Positions 48,171 to 57,841 are shown, counted from the stretch's first letter. The stretch is 64,000 nt of DNA from Gemmatimonadota bacterium (GCA_039590375.1 JBDHFN010000004.1:577-64576); one strand, 5' to 3'. A program made the numbers and translations. Notes: generated by a model from the letters alone, not told the origin.

Positions 48171-48214
48171 GGGACTGCGCGACGCACCAACCTCTCACCC
48201 CAAGGAGACGCTCC

Positions 48215-48895
48215 ATGTCCTACTTCACGAAGGAGACGTTCACCTTCCTGAAGGACCTTACTGAGCACAACGAGCGGGAGTGGTTCCACCAGAACAAGCA
48301 CCGCTACGAGGATCACGTGAGGGATCCCGCCATACGGTTCATTACCGACTTCGGGGCCCATCTGAAGACCTTGAGTGAACACTTCCGGTCGGATCCGCGA
48401 ACGGTGGGCGGTTCGATGTTTCGGATCCACCGGGACACGCGGTTCTCGAAGGACAAGACCCCGTACAAGACGGCCATCGGCATCCAGTTCCGGCATGAGT
48501 TGGGAAAGGACGCCCACGCGCCGGGATACTACCTCCACATAGATCGTGGCGGATGCTTTGCCGGTGCCGGGATGTGGCATCCCGACTCGCCGAGCCTGAA
48601 GAAGATCCGCGAGGCGATCGTCGAGGACCCGCAAGCCTGGAAACGAACCGTGGGCGCCAAACGCTTCCGTGAAGCCTACGTTCTAGAGGGCGACCGGCTG
48701 CAGCGGCCGCCCAAGGGGTTCGACCCGGAGCATCCGCTCGTCGAGGATCTGAAGCGGAAGGACTTCATCGGCGTTGCTAAGATCCCACAGAAGATGATCA
48801 CCCACCCAGGGCTTCCCGAGGAGCTCACGAGGGTCTTTCGAAGCGGGACGCCACTCGTGGAGTTCCTTTGCGACGCGGTGGGCGTGCCCTTCTAG
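48215..48895 (+). CDS. DUF2461 (TIGR02453) family protein
   Basis: AAGGAG then ATG. FTFLKDLTEHNEREWFHQNK...FRIHRDTRFSKDKTPYKT is typical of the family. Confidence 0.85.
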   Translation: MSYFTKETFTFLKDLTEHNEREWFHQNKHRYEDHVRDPAIRFITDFGAHLKTLSEHFRSDPRTVGGSMFRIHRDTRFSKDKTPYKTAIGIQFRHELGKDAHAPGYYLHIDRGGCFAGAGMWHPDSPSLKKIREAIVEDPQAWKRTVGAKRFREAYVLEGDRLQRPPKGFDPEHPLVEDLKRKDFIGVAKIPQKMITHPGLPEELTRVFRSGTPLVEFLCDAVGVPF

Positions 48896-48897
48896 AA

Positions 48898-50142
48898 TCA
48901 AAAGTACCGCGCCACGACCACAGACAGATATCCGTCCCGACGGAAGCCATGGAGCAAGTCGCCGTCTCCCACGCCCAGGAACGCCCTGCTCTCGAGCTCC
49001 ACGGTCCACTGGTTCTTTAAACGCCGGCTGGCTTCAAGCGAGAGAAGGGTCGCCTGACTCTCTCGGTCAACGATCCCTCCCAAGAGAAACTGGGTGTCCT
49101 GGACGTCGTTCAGTACAACGCGGGCTCCGACGAAGACGTCATTCTGGAAAGGAGTCCTGGCCGAGCTCCCCCGGTCGTCCAGTAGAATCTCGCTGACGAC
49201 GCCCAGGTCCACGTTGGAGCCCAGTACCTGCGGAATCGTGTATTCGAAGCCGCCCGTCATGGCATAGTACCTGCCATCCGGTCCACCGGAGCGAGTGATC
49301 CCCTCGAATTTCAAGAGCCATCCGCCGGACGTGTACTGGGCGTCGACCCCGGTCTGATCGATTACATCATAATGGGGAATGAGGACCGGGCCGTGAGCCC
49401 CCACATCGACCTCGAGCCGGGGCTCTCGAGAGGTCCCCTGAAAATGTGCCACGCCCACGTCGAAGCTGCCGAGGGCGTGGCTCCACCGCACCGCCCAGTC
49501 GACGCGCTTGGTTCCGGCGTCGGACTCGAAGACCGCCCGGTCCGGGTCCACGGTCAGGGGAAACCGAAGCCGGCCCTCCTCACCCGCAAACGTTCGTTCT
49601 CGGAACCCTGTCAGCAGGAACGCTTCCAACGTCCCCCAGTCCCGGACAGCCGCAAGGCTGACCATCGGCTGTCCGAGCTTGTCTTCACCATCCAGATTCT
49701 CCACCAGATCGGTCTGGTTGATGATGTCGACCAAGTGTTGGGACTCCGTCACACCCCAAAACTCGCGCCGAAGCCCGGCCCGCAACTCCCATCGCTCCCA
49801 AACCTTCTCCCAAAAAAGGGATCTCACGTCGAAATGGCTCCGCTCGCGGTCGGCCGCGTCGAGACGGACGAAAGGCTCCAGCGTGACGCTCTGATCGCCC
49901 TGGTCCCAACTCCAGAAGAGCTCCCCTTGGAGACGGATGGAGGCATTATGGCGGGCCTGCTCCTCCGAGAGGGGCGGGCGGAAGAAGCCGCGTGTCTCCA
50001 TCGCCACCTCCCCGTTTATTTCGGGGCGGATCTGGCCGGCCGCGGCCGCAGCGGCCACCAGAATCAGTGCCACCACCACAGCAAGCACCGGACCCACGGA
50101 TTTGGGATCCCACAGTCGGCAAATTCCTCTATGCTCGGTCAT
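48898..50142 (-). CDS. Putative outer-membrane beta-barrel protein of the MMPL cluster
   Basis: TM/signal region LAVVVALILVAAAAAAGQ. Alternating-strand patterns; C-terminal ...VVVARYF ends in an aromatic residue. The ATG lies 2 nt after the stop of the LolA-like gene. Confidence 0.6.
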   Translation of the reverse strand: MTEHRGICRLWDPKSVGPVLAVVVALILVAAAAAAGQIRPEINGEVAMETRGFFRPPLSEEQARHNASIRLQGELFWSWDQGDQSVTLEPFVRLDAADRERSHFDVRSLFWEKVWERWELRAGLRREFWGVTESQHLVDIINQTDLVENLDGEDKLGQPMVSLAAVRDWGTLEAFLLTGFRERTFAGEEGRLRFPLTVDPDRAVFESDAGTKRVDWAVRWSHALGSFDVGVAHFQGTSREPRLEVDVGAHGPVLIPHYDVIDQTGVDAQYTSGGWLLKFEGITRSGGPDGRYYAMTGGFEYTIPQVLGSNVDLGVVSEILLDDRGSSARTPFQNDVFVGARVVLNDVQDTQFLLGGIVDRESQATLLSLEASRRLKNQWTVELESRAFLGVGDGDLLHGFRRDGYLSVVVARYF

Positions 50143-50144
50143 CG

Positions 50145-50999
50145 TTACCTCGCTCTCCGAAGGCTGTTCGTGTCAAAATCGCGATCACTGAGACCGGCCT
50201 GGAACGAGTACGCGCCCCACTGCAGCGTCGTGCTCTTGCCGGTCTGATGGTTCACCATCTCATAGCGCTGGGCCCTCCAGAACTGGCCCAAATGCTGCCG
50301 ATACTCATGAAAGGTCAGCGTCTTGAGGAGCGACTCCTTCCGATCGTAGAACTCGATCTTGACCGGGCGGTACTCGGCCTGGTCGTACCACACGAGCTGC
50401 CAGCTGTATCCGGACCGATCATCGACCGGATCTCGCTCCACCACGAAGGTCGGTTGACCATCCAGTACCTCGTCACGGACGTACCTATACGTGTACTTCT
50501 CGACCTCCTGCGAGGAGATGTCCTCGTAGGCGAACTCGCTCCCCATGAACGGGCCGGCCTTGTTGTTAGAGGCGATCCGCTTGACTCTTCTGAGAGCCGG
50601 CAGGTAGAGCCATTGATCGTCGGAACCCTCCTTATGGGTATGGCTCAAGAAGGCAGTCCCACTCACGTCGCGGGGCTCGTCGAAAACAATGATGGCCTTG
50701 TCGCCGTCCCCCTCGACCTCGAGAACACTGGTGTGCATTGCCCGTGTGCTCTCATCGCCATGCCGGTTCCGCAGGATCATTCGCAGGCTCACCTCCGAGT
50801 CTGAGAACCCCGTGTCCCTCCGGTCTGCCTCGAGGGCGATTGCGAGGCCGCGGTCGGCGTCCGGGCTCTGTCCTGACGCCATACCCGGGTGCGACGCAGC
50901 CAGCGACGCGGCGATCATTAGCGCGCCCCCTATGCGCGTCCCGGAAATCGACCTCTCAATTCTTGTCGACATCGTGTCTTCCTTTCTTCTGGACATCAT
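50145..50999 (-). CDS. Outer-membrane lipoprotein-sorting (LolA-like) protein
   Basis: GGAGGAGG then ATG at 50999. Signal peptide. Pattern DKAIIVFDEPRDVSGTAFL...WLYLPALRRVKRI...GSEFAYEDI is typical of LolA-like proteins found next to MMPL/RND genes. Confidence 0.75.
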   Translation of the reverse strand: MMSRRKEDTMSTRIERSISGTRIGGALMIAASLAASHPGMASGQSPDADRGLAIALEADRRDTGFSDSEVSLRMILRNRHGDESTRAMHTSVLEVEGDGDKAIIVFDEPRDVSGTAFLSHTHKEGSDDQWLYLPALRRVKRIASNNKAGPFMGSEFAYEDISSQEVEKYTYRYVRDEVLDGQPTFVVERDPVDDRSGYSWQLVWYDQAEYRPVKIEFYDRKESLLKTLTFHEYRQHLGQFWRAQRYEMVNHQTGKSTTLQWGAYSFQAGLSDRDFDTNSLRRAR

Positions 51000-51089
51000 C
51001 TTTTCCTCCTCCAACGATTTGGGTTCTCCGGTGAGGCGTGCGTTTGCAGCCCCACCGTCTCGGATCGCGATGAGTACGTTCATCACGGG

Positions 51090-53480
51090 TCAGTCTCCAG
51101 TGACCGGTTCCGGTGCCGGGCCCGGAAGTGGGCCCGCAAGCGGGATCGGTATGTGTGCCCTAAGTGGCACCCACTCCTCCACCTTCATCAGGAGTGGGGG
51201 CAAGAAGAAGAAGTCGGCCGTCAACGCCATCGCGATCGTGACGGCGGTGAGCTTTCCCATCCCCGCGTTCAGGTCGAACGCGGACTGTGCCAGGATCGCG
51301 AATCCGACCGCCAGGATCACCGAGGTGAACAGGAGCGCGGCCCCCACGGTGCGAAACGCGTATTGGACCGCCTCGGGCGCACCCATGCCTCGCTCGCGGC
51401 GAGCCCGTAGATACTTGCTCAGGAAGTGCACGGTATCGTCCACGACGATGCCGATGGTCATCGCCACCACGGTAGACAGCCCAATGTTCACCCGACCCAC
51501 CAGAAGCCCCCACACGCCGAAGGCCATGAGCGCCGGAAGCATGTTGGGGATCAAGCTGATCAATCCGAATCTCACCGATCTCAGTGCCACGACGAGAATC
51601 AACGACACGAGGATGAACGCCAGGATGGTGCCGGTGATCATCCCTCTGATCTGCCGGTCCGAGATGTGCGAGAACATGACGCCGGGCCCGGCTCCCGTCG
51701 CTAGCATGGCTTCGGGCGCGTTTTCGGCCAGCCAGTCATGTCCTGCGTCGGTGAGGGCCCTGAGCTTCTTCGTAGTCAGATCGCCACCTGCCGAAACCAC
51801 GACCTTGGTGGCCGAGCGGTCCACGTTGATCTGATTGTTGAGGTCGAGCCCGTAGGGCAGCGAGAGTTCGTAAAGGAGCAGATACTGGGCTGCCAACTCA
51901 CGTTTCTCTGGAATCCGGTAGAATTCCGGAGAGTCACCATTCAGGGTCTTGTTCAGCCGCTTCATGATCTGGCTGAAGGAATTGACCTGAACGACTCCCG
52001 GCTGAGCTCCGTACCACTCCGTGAACTCGTCCAGCTTGGCCAGGTACGCTGGCTCGCTGACGCCCCCACTTTCTCCGGCGCCTATGGAGAACTCCACCTG
52101 GTAGATTCCGGTCAGATTGTCGGTGACGAAATCCGTGTCCGTCCGGAAGGTGACCGTCTCGTCGAAATACTCGACGAACTGATCGTTCAGTTCATTCTTG
52201 GGGACGAGCGCCGCCAAGAGGAGCGCGACTCCCGTCGATCCCCACAGAAGGGGCCGGCGGCGAGCCACCACCAGCGACCCGAGACGGTCCATGAAACCAT
52301 GACTCGACCCCACCACAGCCTTCACACGCACCGGCAGGACCGCCATCAAGGCGGGAAGGGTCGAGACTGAGAACACGAACGCCGCCGTCACGCCTACGGC
52401 CGCGATGTTGCCTAGATCGCGGAACGGTGGCGAGTCTGAGAAGTTCATGCTCAGGAAGCCGATCGCGGTGGTCAGGCTGGTCAAGAACACCGGCTGCAGA
52501 TTGACGCGTAGGCTCTCCACGATCGCGTCGAACTTGCTTCGACCATGCCGCATTTCAGCGAGCATCTTCACGAGAATTTGCACGCTTTCCGCCACGGCCA
52601 GCGTCATTATCATGGTCGGAGCGGTGGACGAAGGAGGCGTAAGAAGCACCCCGGCCCACCCCGTCAGGCCCAGAGCGGTGGCCACCGAGGCGCCGATCAC
52701 TACGACCGTGGCGACCGTCGCGCTCACCGAACGGAGCAACACAATCATCGAAACGATGATCGCTAGGTACATGATGGGAATCAGGGTGGTCATGTCCTTC
52801 AGCGAGTTCTCGAAGAACGCCTGGGACAGCATGACGTTGCCTGTCAGATGGGTTTCAATTCCCGGGTGGACGGCCTCGATTCTTTCAAGGAGTTCACGGG
52901 TGGCCTTCACGGTCTCCAGGGGCTCCTGGGGAGACTCCCCCGGGAGTTGTAGTGTCACATTCACTGCCGTCACGTGACCCCGGTCCGAGATCAGGCGGCG
53001 GGCCAGTAGAGGCTCCGCAAGCGCGATACGCCGGGCTTCTTCCAGATCCTCGTCACTCGCGACCGCGGCGTCGACCACCAAATCCCGCACCAGAAGATCG
53101 TCCTCGGTCGCCTCTGTGTGCTGGTAGTTCGTGAGCGCGTCGACCCGCAGGACATATGGGAGCTTCCACGCCTCGGCGGTGAGCTCCTCCACGGCGGTCA
53201 GTGTCTCACGGGTAAAGACGTCTCCATCCTCAGGCGCCACGGCGATCAGGATGTTGTCATTCTTGGTGTAGATGTTCTGGAGGCCCTCGAAGGCCGCCAT
53301 TTGCGGATTTTCGTCGCTGAAGAAGGCTCTATAGTCGTTCGAGAAGCCTAGGAACCGCCCTCCCGACGCCGCCGCGATTACGCCGATCAGAGAAGCCAGC
53401 AAGACGGGACCCCTCCAGCGTATCAGCCATCGTCCGTAACGAGCCGCCAAGCTGTTCTTCTCGATTCGTTGGTCATGCAT
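51090..53480 (-). CDS. MMPL/RND-superfamily transporter (12-TM, two large periplasmic loops)
   Basis: About 800 aa with a duplicated 6-TM architecture and typical MMPL blocks. I prefer the ATG at 53480 (GAGGA upstream) over the GTG at 53513. Confidence 0.9.
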   Translation of the reverse strand: MHDQRIEKNSLAARYGRWLIRWRGPVLLASLIGVIAAASGGRFLGFSNDYRAFFSDENPQMAAFEGLQNIYTKNDNILIAVAPEDGDVFTRETLTAVEELTAEAWKLPYVLRVDALTNYQHTEATEDDLLVRDLVVDAAVASDEDLEEARRIALAEPLLARRLISDRGHVTAVNVTLQLPGESPQEPLETVKATRELLERIEAVHPGIETHLTGNVMLSQAFFENSLKDMTTLIPIMYLAIIVSMIVLLRSVSATVATVVVIGASVATALGLTGWAGVLLTPPSSTAPTMIMTLAVAESVQILVKMLAEMRHGRSKFDAIVESLRVNLQPVFLTSLTTAIGFLSMNFSDSPPFRDLGNIAAVGVTAAFVFSVSTLPALMAVLPVRVKAVVGSSHGFMDRLGSLVVARRRPLLWGSTGVALLLAALVPKNELNDQFVEYFDETVTFRTDTDFVTDNLTGIYQVEFSIGAGESGGVSEPAYLAKLDEFTEWYGAQPGVVQVNSFSQIMKRLNKTLNGDSPEFYRIPEKRELAAQYLLLYELSLPYGLDLNNQINVDRSATKVVVSAGGDLTTKKLRALTDAGHDWLAENAPEAMLATGAGPGVMFSHISDRQIRGMITGTILAFILVSLILVVALRSVRFGLISLIPNMLPALMAFGVWGLLVGRVNIGLSTVVAMTIGIVVDDTVHFLSKYLRARRERGMGAPEAVQYAFRTVGAALLFTSVILAVGFAILAQSAFDLNAGMGKLTAVTIAMALTADFFFLPPLLMKVEEWVPLRAHIPIPLAGPLPGPAPEPVTGD

Positions 53481-53566
53481 GCTGTTTTCCTCGGTTGATG
53501 TCTTCAGGCTCACTCTTGAATTCCCACTCGATCACCGGGCCACGCGTGCAACTTGCGAGAGCCGAT

Positions 53567-53590
53567 GAACATTCCTACTGGTAGGAATGT
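53567..53590. promoter_or_regulatory. Palindromic operator O1 (GAACATTCCTACTGGTAGGAATGT)
   Basis: Perfect 10-2-10 palindrome ACATTCCTAC-TG-GTAGGAATGT, about 87 nt upstream of the MMPL ATG. Confidence 0.6.
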
Positions 53591-53637
53591 AAATGCCCGC
53601 AAGAAACCCTGCCCGGTCAGTTCATGACTGCTCACTA

Positions 53638-53661
53638 GAACATTCCTACTGGTAGGAATGT
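53638..53661. promoter_or_regulatory. Palindromic operator O2 (identical 24-mer)
   Basis: Exact second copy of GAACATTCCTACTGGTAGGAATGT, 71 bp from O1. It lies between the tetR stop and the MMPL start. Confidence 0.6.
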
Positions 53662-53681
53662 TTTCTGCCACATGAAGACCG

Positions 53682-54305
53682 CTACGCCGCATTCTTGGAA
53701 ACCTCCTTCGGACGAAGACTCTCCAAGAAGACGAGAGCCGGCGCCGACATGTCCAGCAACAGCTCCCTGCTCCCAACTGTCTTCGCCAGGCCAGCCATCC
53801 CCTCGAGCGCCCCGATCAGGAACGCGGCAGTCGCATCGGGATCTATGTCCCCCCGCACATTCCCGCCCTCCTGGCCACGCCGGAAAGCGGCGGCCAGCCC
53901 TTCCTGCCATTCTGTGAAGATCGCCTCGATCTTGACGCGGAACTCTTCATCCACGGAAGACAGCTCCTGTGCGAGGTTGTTCAGTGGGCACCCGAGGCAG
54001 CACATCTCCTCAGGTAGCTCACTGAGGCCCTTCCGGACCATCTCCTTGATCGCCGCGATGGGATCGGAGCTCTCACCGATCGGATGAAGCCAACGGTTCA
54101 GCACGAACGGCTTGACGACTTCGTCGAGCACCGCGTGGCCAAGCGCAGACTTGTTGGGGAAGTGGTGATAGATGGCACCCTTGGTGACCCCGGTGCCTTC
54201 GGCGATATGGTCCAGGCGCGCCGCGTTAAACCCGTTCCGGTGAATCTCCAGGAACGCGGCATCTAGCAGAATCTGCCTGGTCCGGTCGGGGTCACGCTTC
54301 GTCAT
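53682..54305 (-). CDS. TetR/AcrR-family transcriptional regulator
   Basis: N-terminal HTH TRQILLDAAFLEIHRNGFNAARLDHIAEGTGVTKGAIYHHFPNK. ATG at 54305 preceded by AGGAG. Confidence 0.9.
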   Translation of the reverse strand: MTKRDPDRTRQILLDAAFLEIHRNGFNAARLDHIAEGTGVTKGAIYHHFPNKSALGHAVLDEVVKPFVLNRWLHPIGESSDPIAAIKEMVRKGLSELPEEMCCLGCPLNNLAQELSSVDEEFRVKIEAIFTEWQEGLAAAFRRGQEGGNVRGDIDPDATAAFLIGALEGMAGLAKTVGSRELLLDMSAPALVFLESLRPKEVSKNAA

Positions 54306-54359
54306 CGCTCGGGGTCTCCTCACACCGATGTCGCTATAGTTTTTTCGATCACGAAGACA

Positions 54360-54381
54360 ACATACCTACTGGTCGGTATGT
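54360..54381. promoter_or_regulatory. Operator-like palindrome O3 (ACATACCTACTGGTCGGTATGT) upstream of tetR
   Basis: Same core as O1/O2 with a few substitutions; one mismatch within the palindrome. About 55 nt upstream of the tetR ATG. Confidence 0.55.
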
Positions 54382-54404
54382 ATGTCAAGGGCCTTCTTGC
54401 CGGT

Positions 54405-56522
54405 CTACGGGGCGACGACCGTCGCCCGGACGATCACGTCGCCCTCGGCCACCCGATCGACCACGTCCATCCCGCTCACGACCTGCCCAAAGACGGTGTA
54501 TTCATGATCGAGACGGAAGTTATCCACCAGATTGATGAAGATCTGGCCGTCTCCGGTGTCCCGCCCTCGGGTGGACGTACCCACGGTGCCCCGCGAGTGC
54601 GAGACGAGGCCCACCTCGTCCCTCGTGTACTCGGGCGCGCCCGAGTATTCGTTCGCGCCCGGACTTCCGCCTTGCACGACGAAGTTGGTCACGACCCGGT
54701 GGAACGTGAGGCCGTCGAAGTAGCCGGACGCGGCCAGCCGCTCGAAGCGTGCGGCGTTGATCGGGGCGTCGGCGACCAGAAGTCGGATCTCGATTTCCCC
54801 CCCGCGTGCCATTTCCAGCACCACCCGCGTCCCCGCCAACCGCTCTAGGTCCTCGGCCGACGGAAGGGCCTGTGCCGCGAGAGGAACGGGCCGAGCCGTC
54901 CGTAACTCACCGGTCCAATCGGTCAAGATTTCGGCGACGCGAGCTGCCACGACGGGATCGTAATCGTTGAGGTACGGCTCCAACTCCGCGACCTGCTCAA
55001 CTCCCCCCGTCTCGCTAATGCGCTCGAGGAGAGCCATCCGGGGGTCCCGTGACGTCTCCTGGCGCGCCTCCGACACGCGCGCGAGGGCGGCCACGAGCGG
55101 ACCTACGGCCGCAGCCGGATCGGGTGTTCCCTCCAGCAGGTTCGCCACCGTCAGGAGAAGCTGCGGGTCGTTCTGCCTGAGCTGCGCAGTGAGCACGCCG
55201 TCGGAGTCGTGGCCAACGAGATCGAAGAGGCCCTGCAGGGCCACCGTGCGGACATTGAGCGCCGGATCCCCCGCCAGGGCCTCGAGCACTTCGGTGCTTC
55301 CCGTTCGGGCGGCTGCGCGCGCGGCGTACATTCGGACGAAGGGATTGGTGCTCCGGAGCGCGCCGTCCACCAGCGTCGCCGCGACATCGGGAGACACCAC
55401 GGCCAGAGCCACGAGGGCGTGGGCGCCCCGGTGCCAATCCAGCCGGCCGGCATTCTCCAAGCCGAAGGCGAGGCCACTGAGGAACTCGTCCTGCGTGGCC
55501 CGGTTCTCACAAGGCTGTTGCAGGAGATCGAGGGCCACGAGGGCGACGTGGAGGTCGTCGTCCCGGGAGGCGCTGAGGAGGAGCGGGCATTCTTGGACCC
55601 CCGGAACCCGCGCCGCATAGGCCCTCACGGCCTCCGCGCGGACCCGCGGGAACGAATCCTCGAGCGCGTCGATCAAGAGATCCGGGGGGCCCTCGCCGGC
55701 GGTGCCCCGCCCGATCAACATCACGGCCAAACGCCGCACGTCCGGATCCGGGTCGCGCACGCCGTTACCGAGGACGTCCGAATCCACCTCACCGATCGTT
55801 GACAGGGCCATCATCGCAACACGGCGAACGCGCGCGTCGTCGGCCGTACGACCCAGGGTGGTCAGCTCACGGAGCCTTTCGATGGACGCCTCCGACATCC
55901 TGTCCCTTCCGGTGCCACGGGCCATCGACTCCAGCCCCATGACGGCACCGATCATAGCCACGAACGGCGCGTCCACATCCCCGTCGCGCGTCAGTCCGAT
56001 CAACGTCTCCTGGGCGCGCCGGAAGCGGGCGGCATCGGCATACCGCAGCCGTCCCAGCGTCCGACCGATCGTCCCGCGAACCGTGGGACCCTCCTGAAGC
56101 TCCCGAGCGAGGTATTCGAAAAGCACCTCCGCGACGTCGTCACCAAGCTCCCCGCGGGCCGCCTGACCCAGCGCGTTGACGGCTTCGGCGCGGACCATCT
56201 CGTCATCGGAAAAGAGGAGCGGAAACGTCAGCGGGATCAGTTCGGGATCCTCCAGACGCCCGATGGCCCGTACCGCCAGCCGCTGAAGCTCGGGCTCGGT
56301 GGCGATGAGGCCCTCGCGAAGGGACGTGGTTCCCGACATTCCCGAGCCGCGGGCGTCCTCCTCCTCGAGCATGGCAGCCTGCAACCCCGGATCGCTCGTG
56401 ACGAGCGGCGCTGGCTCCACGAACTGTTCGGCATCCTGGGAACAAGCCGTGAGGCTCGAGAACACCGCCACGATCAGCGGCATCCCCCTCGGCATCCTCC
56501 TCGCCAGATCCACGAACTTCAC
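54405..56522 (-). CDS. HEAT-repeat lipoprotein fused to a cyclophilin-type peptidyl-prolyl isomerase
   Basis: Lipoprotein signal (VKFVDLARRMPRGMPLIVAVFSSLTAC). The start is GTG at 56522 or ATG at 56495. Long HEAT-like helical repeats. C-terminal cyclophilin block FHRVVTNFVVQGG...GTVGTSTRGRDTGDGQIFINL...YTVFGQVVSGMDVVD. Confidence 0.85.
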   Translation of the reverse strand: MKFVDLARRMPRGMPLIVAVFSSLTACSQDAEQFVEPAPLVTSDPGLQAAMLEEEDARGSGMSGTTSLREGLIATEPELQRLAVRAIGRLEDPELIPLTFPLLFSDDEMVRAEAVNALGQAARGELGDDVAEVLFEYLARELQEGPTVRGTIGRTLGRLRYADAARFRRAQETLIGLTRDGDVDAPFVAMIGAVMGLESMARGTGRDRMSEASIERLRELTTLGRTADDARVRRVAMMALSTIGEVDSDVLGNGVRDPDPDVRRLAVMLIGRGTAGEGPPDLLIDALEDSFPRVRAEAVRAYAARVPGVQECPLLLSASRDDDLHVALVALDLLQQPCENRATQDEFLSGLAFGLENAGRLDWHRGAHALVALAVVSPDVAATLVDGALRSTNPFVRMYAARAAARTGSTEVLEALAGDPALNVRTVALQGLFDLVGHDSDGVLTAQLRQNDPQLLLTVANLLEGTPDPAAAVGPLVAALARVSEARQETSRDPRMALLERISETGGVEQVAELEPYLNDYDPVVAARVAEILTDWTGELRTARPVPLAAQALPSAEDLERLAGTRVVLEMARGGEIEIRLLVADAPINAARFERLAASGYFDGLTFHRVVTNFVVQGGSPGANEYSGAPEYTRDEVGLVSHSRGTVGTSTRGRDTGDGQIFINLVDNFRLDHEYTVFGQVVSGMDVVDRVAEGDVIVRATVVAP

Positions 56523-56584
56523 CGCGTCACCCCCCTCCAGGTTGCGGATCGAATAGCCCCAGTCCACTACGCCAGTCCACTGGT

Positions 56585-57841
56585 CTACCGGACCTCCGTA
56601 TCCACCCCGGCCTCGCCCTCCGAGCGCGCGATGATGGCCGCGCCGCAGGAGTCGCTGAAGATGTTGACCGCGGTTCGATACATGTCCAGTGGCCGGTCGA
56701 TTGCAAGCATCGAGCCGACGATCACGTTTACGTTCGGGCCTCGAAGGCCGATCGCCTCTAGAACGATGAAGATCACCACGAGGCCCGCCGAGGGCACGGC
56801 GGCAGCACCGATCGACGCCAACAGGGCGGTCAGCACGACGATCGCCTGCTGCATGATCGTCAGATCGAAGCCCAGCGCCTGTGCAATGAAGAGGGCGCCG
56901 GCACACTCGAAGACCGCCGTGCCGTCCATGTTCACCGTCGCCCCCATCGGCAGAACGAAGGACGCGATTTTGTTGGACACACCCACCTTCTCCTCGACTA
57001 CGTTCATCGTGACGGGGAGCGTGGCCCCCGAAGAGCTGGTCGAGAAGGCGATCAGCAGCGGTTCACGCATGTTCAGGAAGTGGATGCGGGGAGAGATCCG
57101 TCCCAGAACGATCAAGAGGATCGGCAAGCTCACCAGGAAGTGAATCGTCACTCCGGACCCGATCGTGAGCGCGTACAGTGCGAGCGGCCGGAAGGCGTCG
57201 AAGCCGGTCGTAGCGACCATCCGCGTGATCAGCGCGAATACCCCGATCGGCAGAAACTTGATGATGCCAGACGTGAGGTTCATCATTGCGTGGAAGAGCC
57301 CTTCGAAGAGCCCGACCAGCGGCTCCCGGGTCTTGTCCGGCAGCGTCGTGAGTGCGGCCCCGAAGACGATGCAGAAGAAGATGAGCGCCAGCATGTCTGC
57401 GCCGGCCGCCGCCTCGATGACGTTCTCTGGAACGATGTCCAGAAGGAGCTGGATCGGCGAATCGGGCGTGGACAGCTCGGGAAGCGCCTGCTGATCCGTG
57501 CCCGTCAGGTTGGCCCCCACCCCCGGACGGATGAGATTGACCATCAGGAGTCCTACGAAGGCCGCGAGGAAGCTCGAGAGCACGTAGTACCCCAAGGTCT
57601 TGCTGAACAAGCGCCCAAGGGCACGGCCCCCGCCCACCGACGCCACGCCCGAAATGATCGACGTAAACACCAGCGGGACGATGATCATCCTGAGCAGCTG
57701 CATGAAGAGGTCGCCGATCCATCCGACCCTTTCGGCCATCGGCTCGCCGAACACGGCCCCGACCAGCGCACCGAGGACCATGGCCATCAGCACTTGCCAG
57801 TGCAATCGGCGGTACCAGGGGGCGTCCGGGTTGTGCTCCAT
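56585..57841 (-). CDS. Dicarboxylate/amino acid:cation symporter (DAACS family, GltP/DctA-like)
   Basis: 418 aa. Typical blocks LRMIIVPLVFTSI, SSSGATLP, GATVNMDGTA and AIDRPLDMYRTAVN. Confidence 0.9.
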   Translation of the reverse strand: MEHNPDAPWYRRLHWQVLMAMVLGALVGAVFGEPMAERVGWIGDLFMQLLRMIIVPLVFTSIISGVASVGGGRALGRLFSKTLGYYVLSSFLAAFVGLLMVNLIRPGVGANLTGTDQQALPELSTPDSPIQLLLDIVPENVIEAAAGADMLALIFFCIVFGAALTTLPDKTREPLVGLFEGLFHAMMNLTSGIIKFLPIGVFALITRMVATTGFDAFRPLALYALTIGSGVTIHFLVSLPILLIVLGRISPRIHFLNMREPLLIAFSTSSSGATLPVTMNVVEEKVGVSNKIASFVLPMGATVNMDGTAVFECAGALFIAQALGFDLTIMQQAIVVLTALLASIGAAAVPSAGLVVIFIVLEAIGLRGPNVNVIVGSMLAIDRPLDMYRTAVNIFSDSCGAAIIARSEGEAGVDTEVR

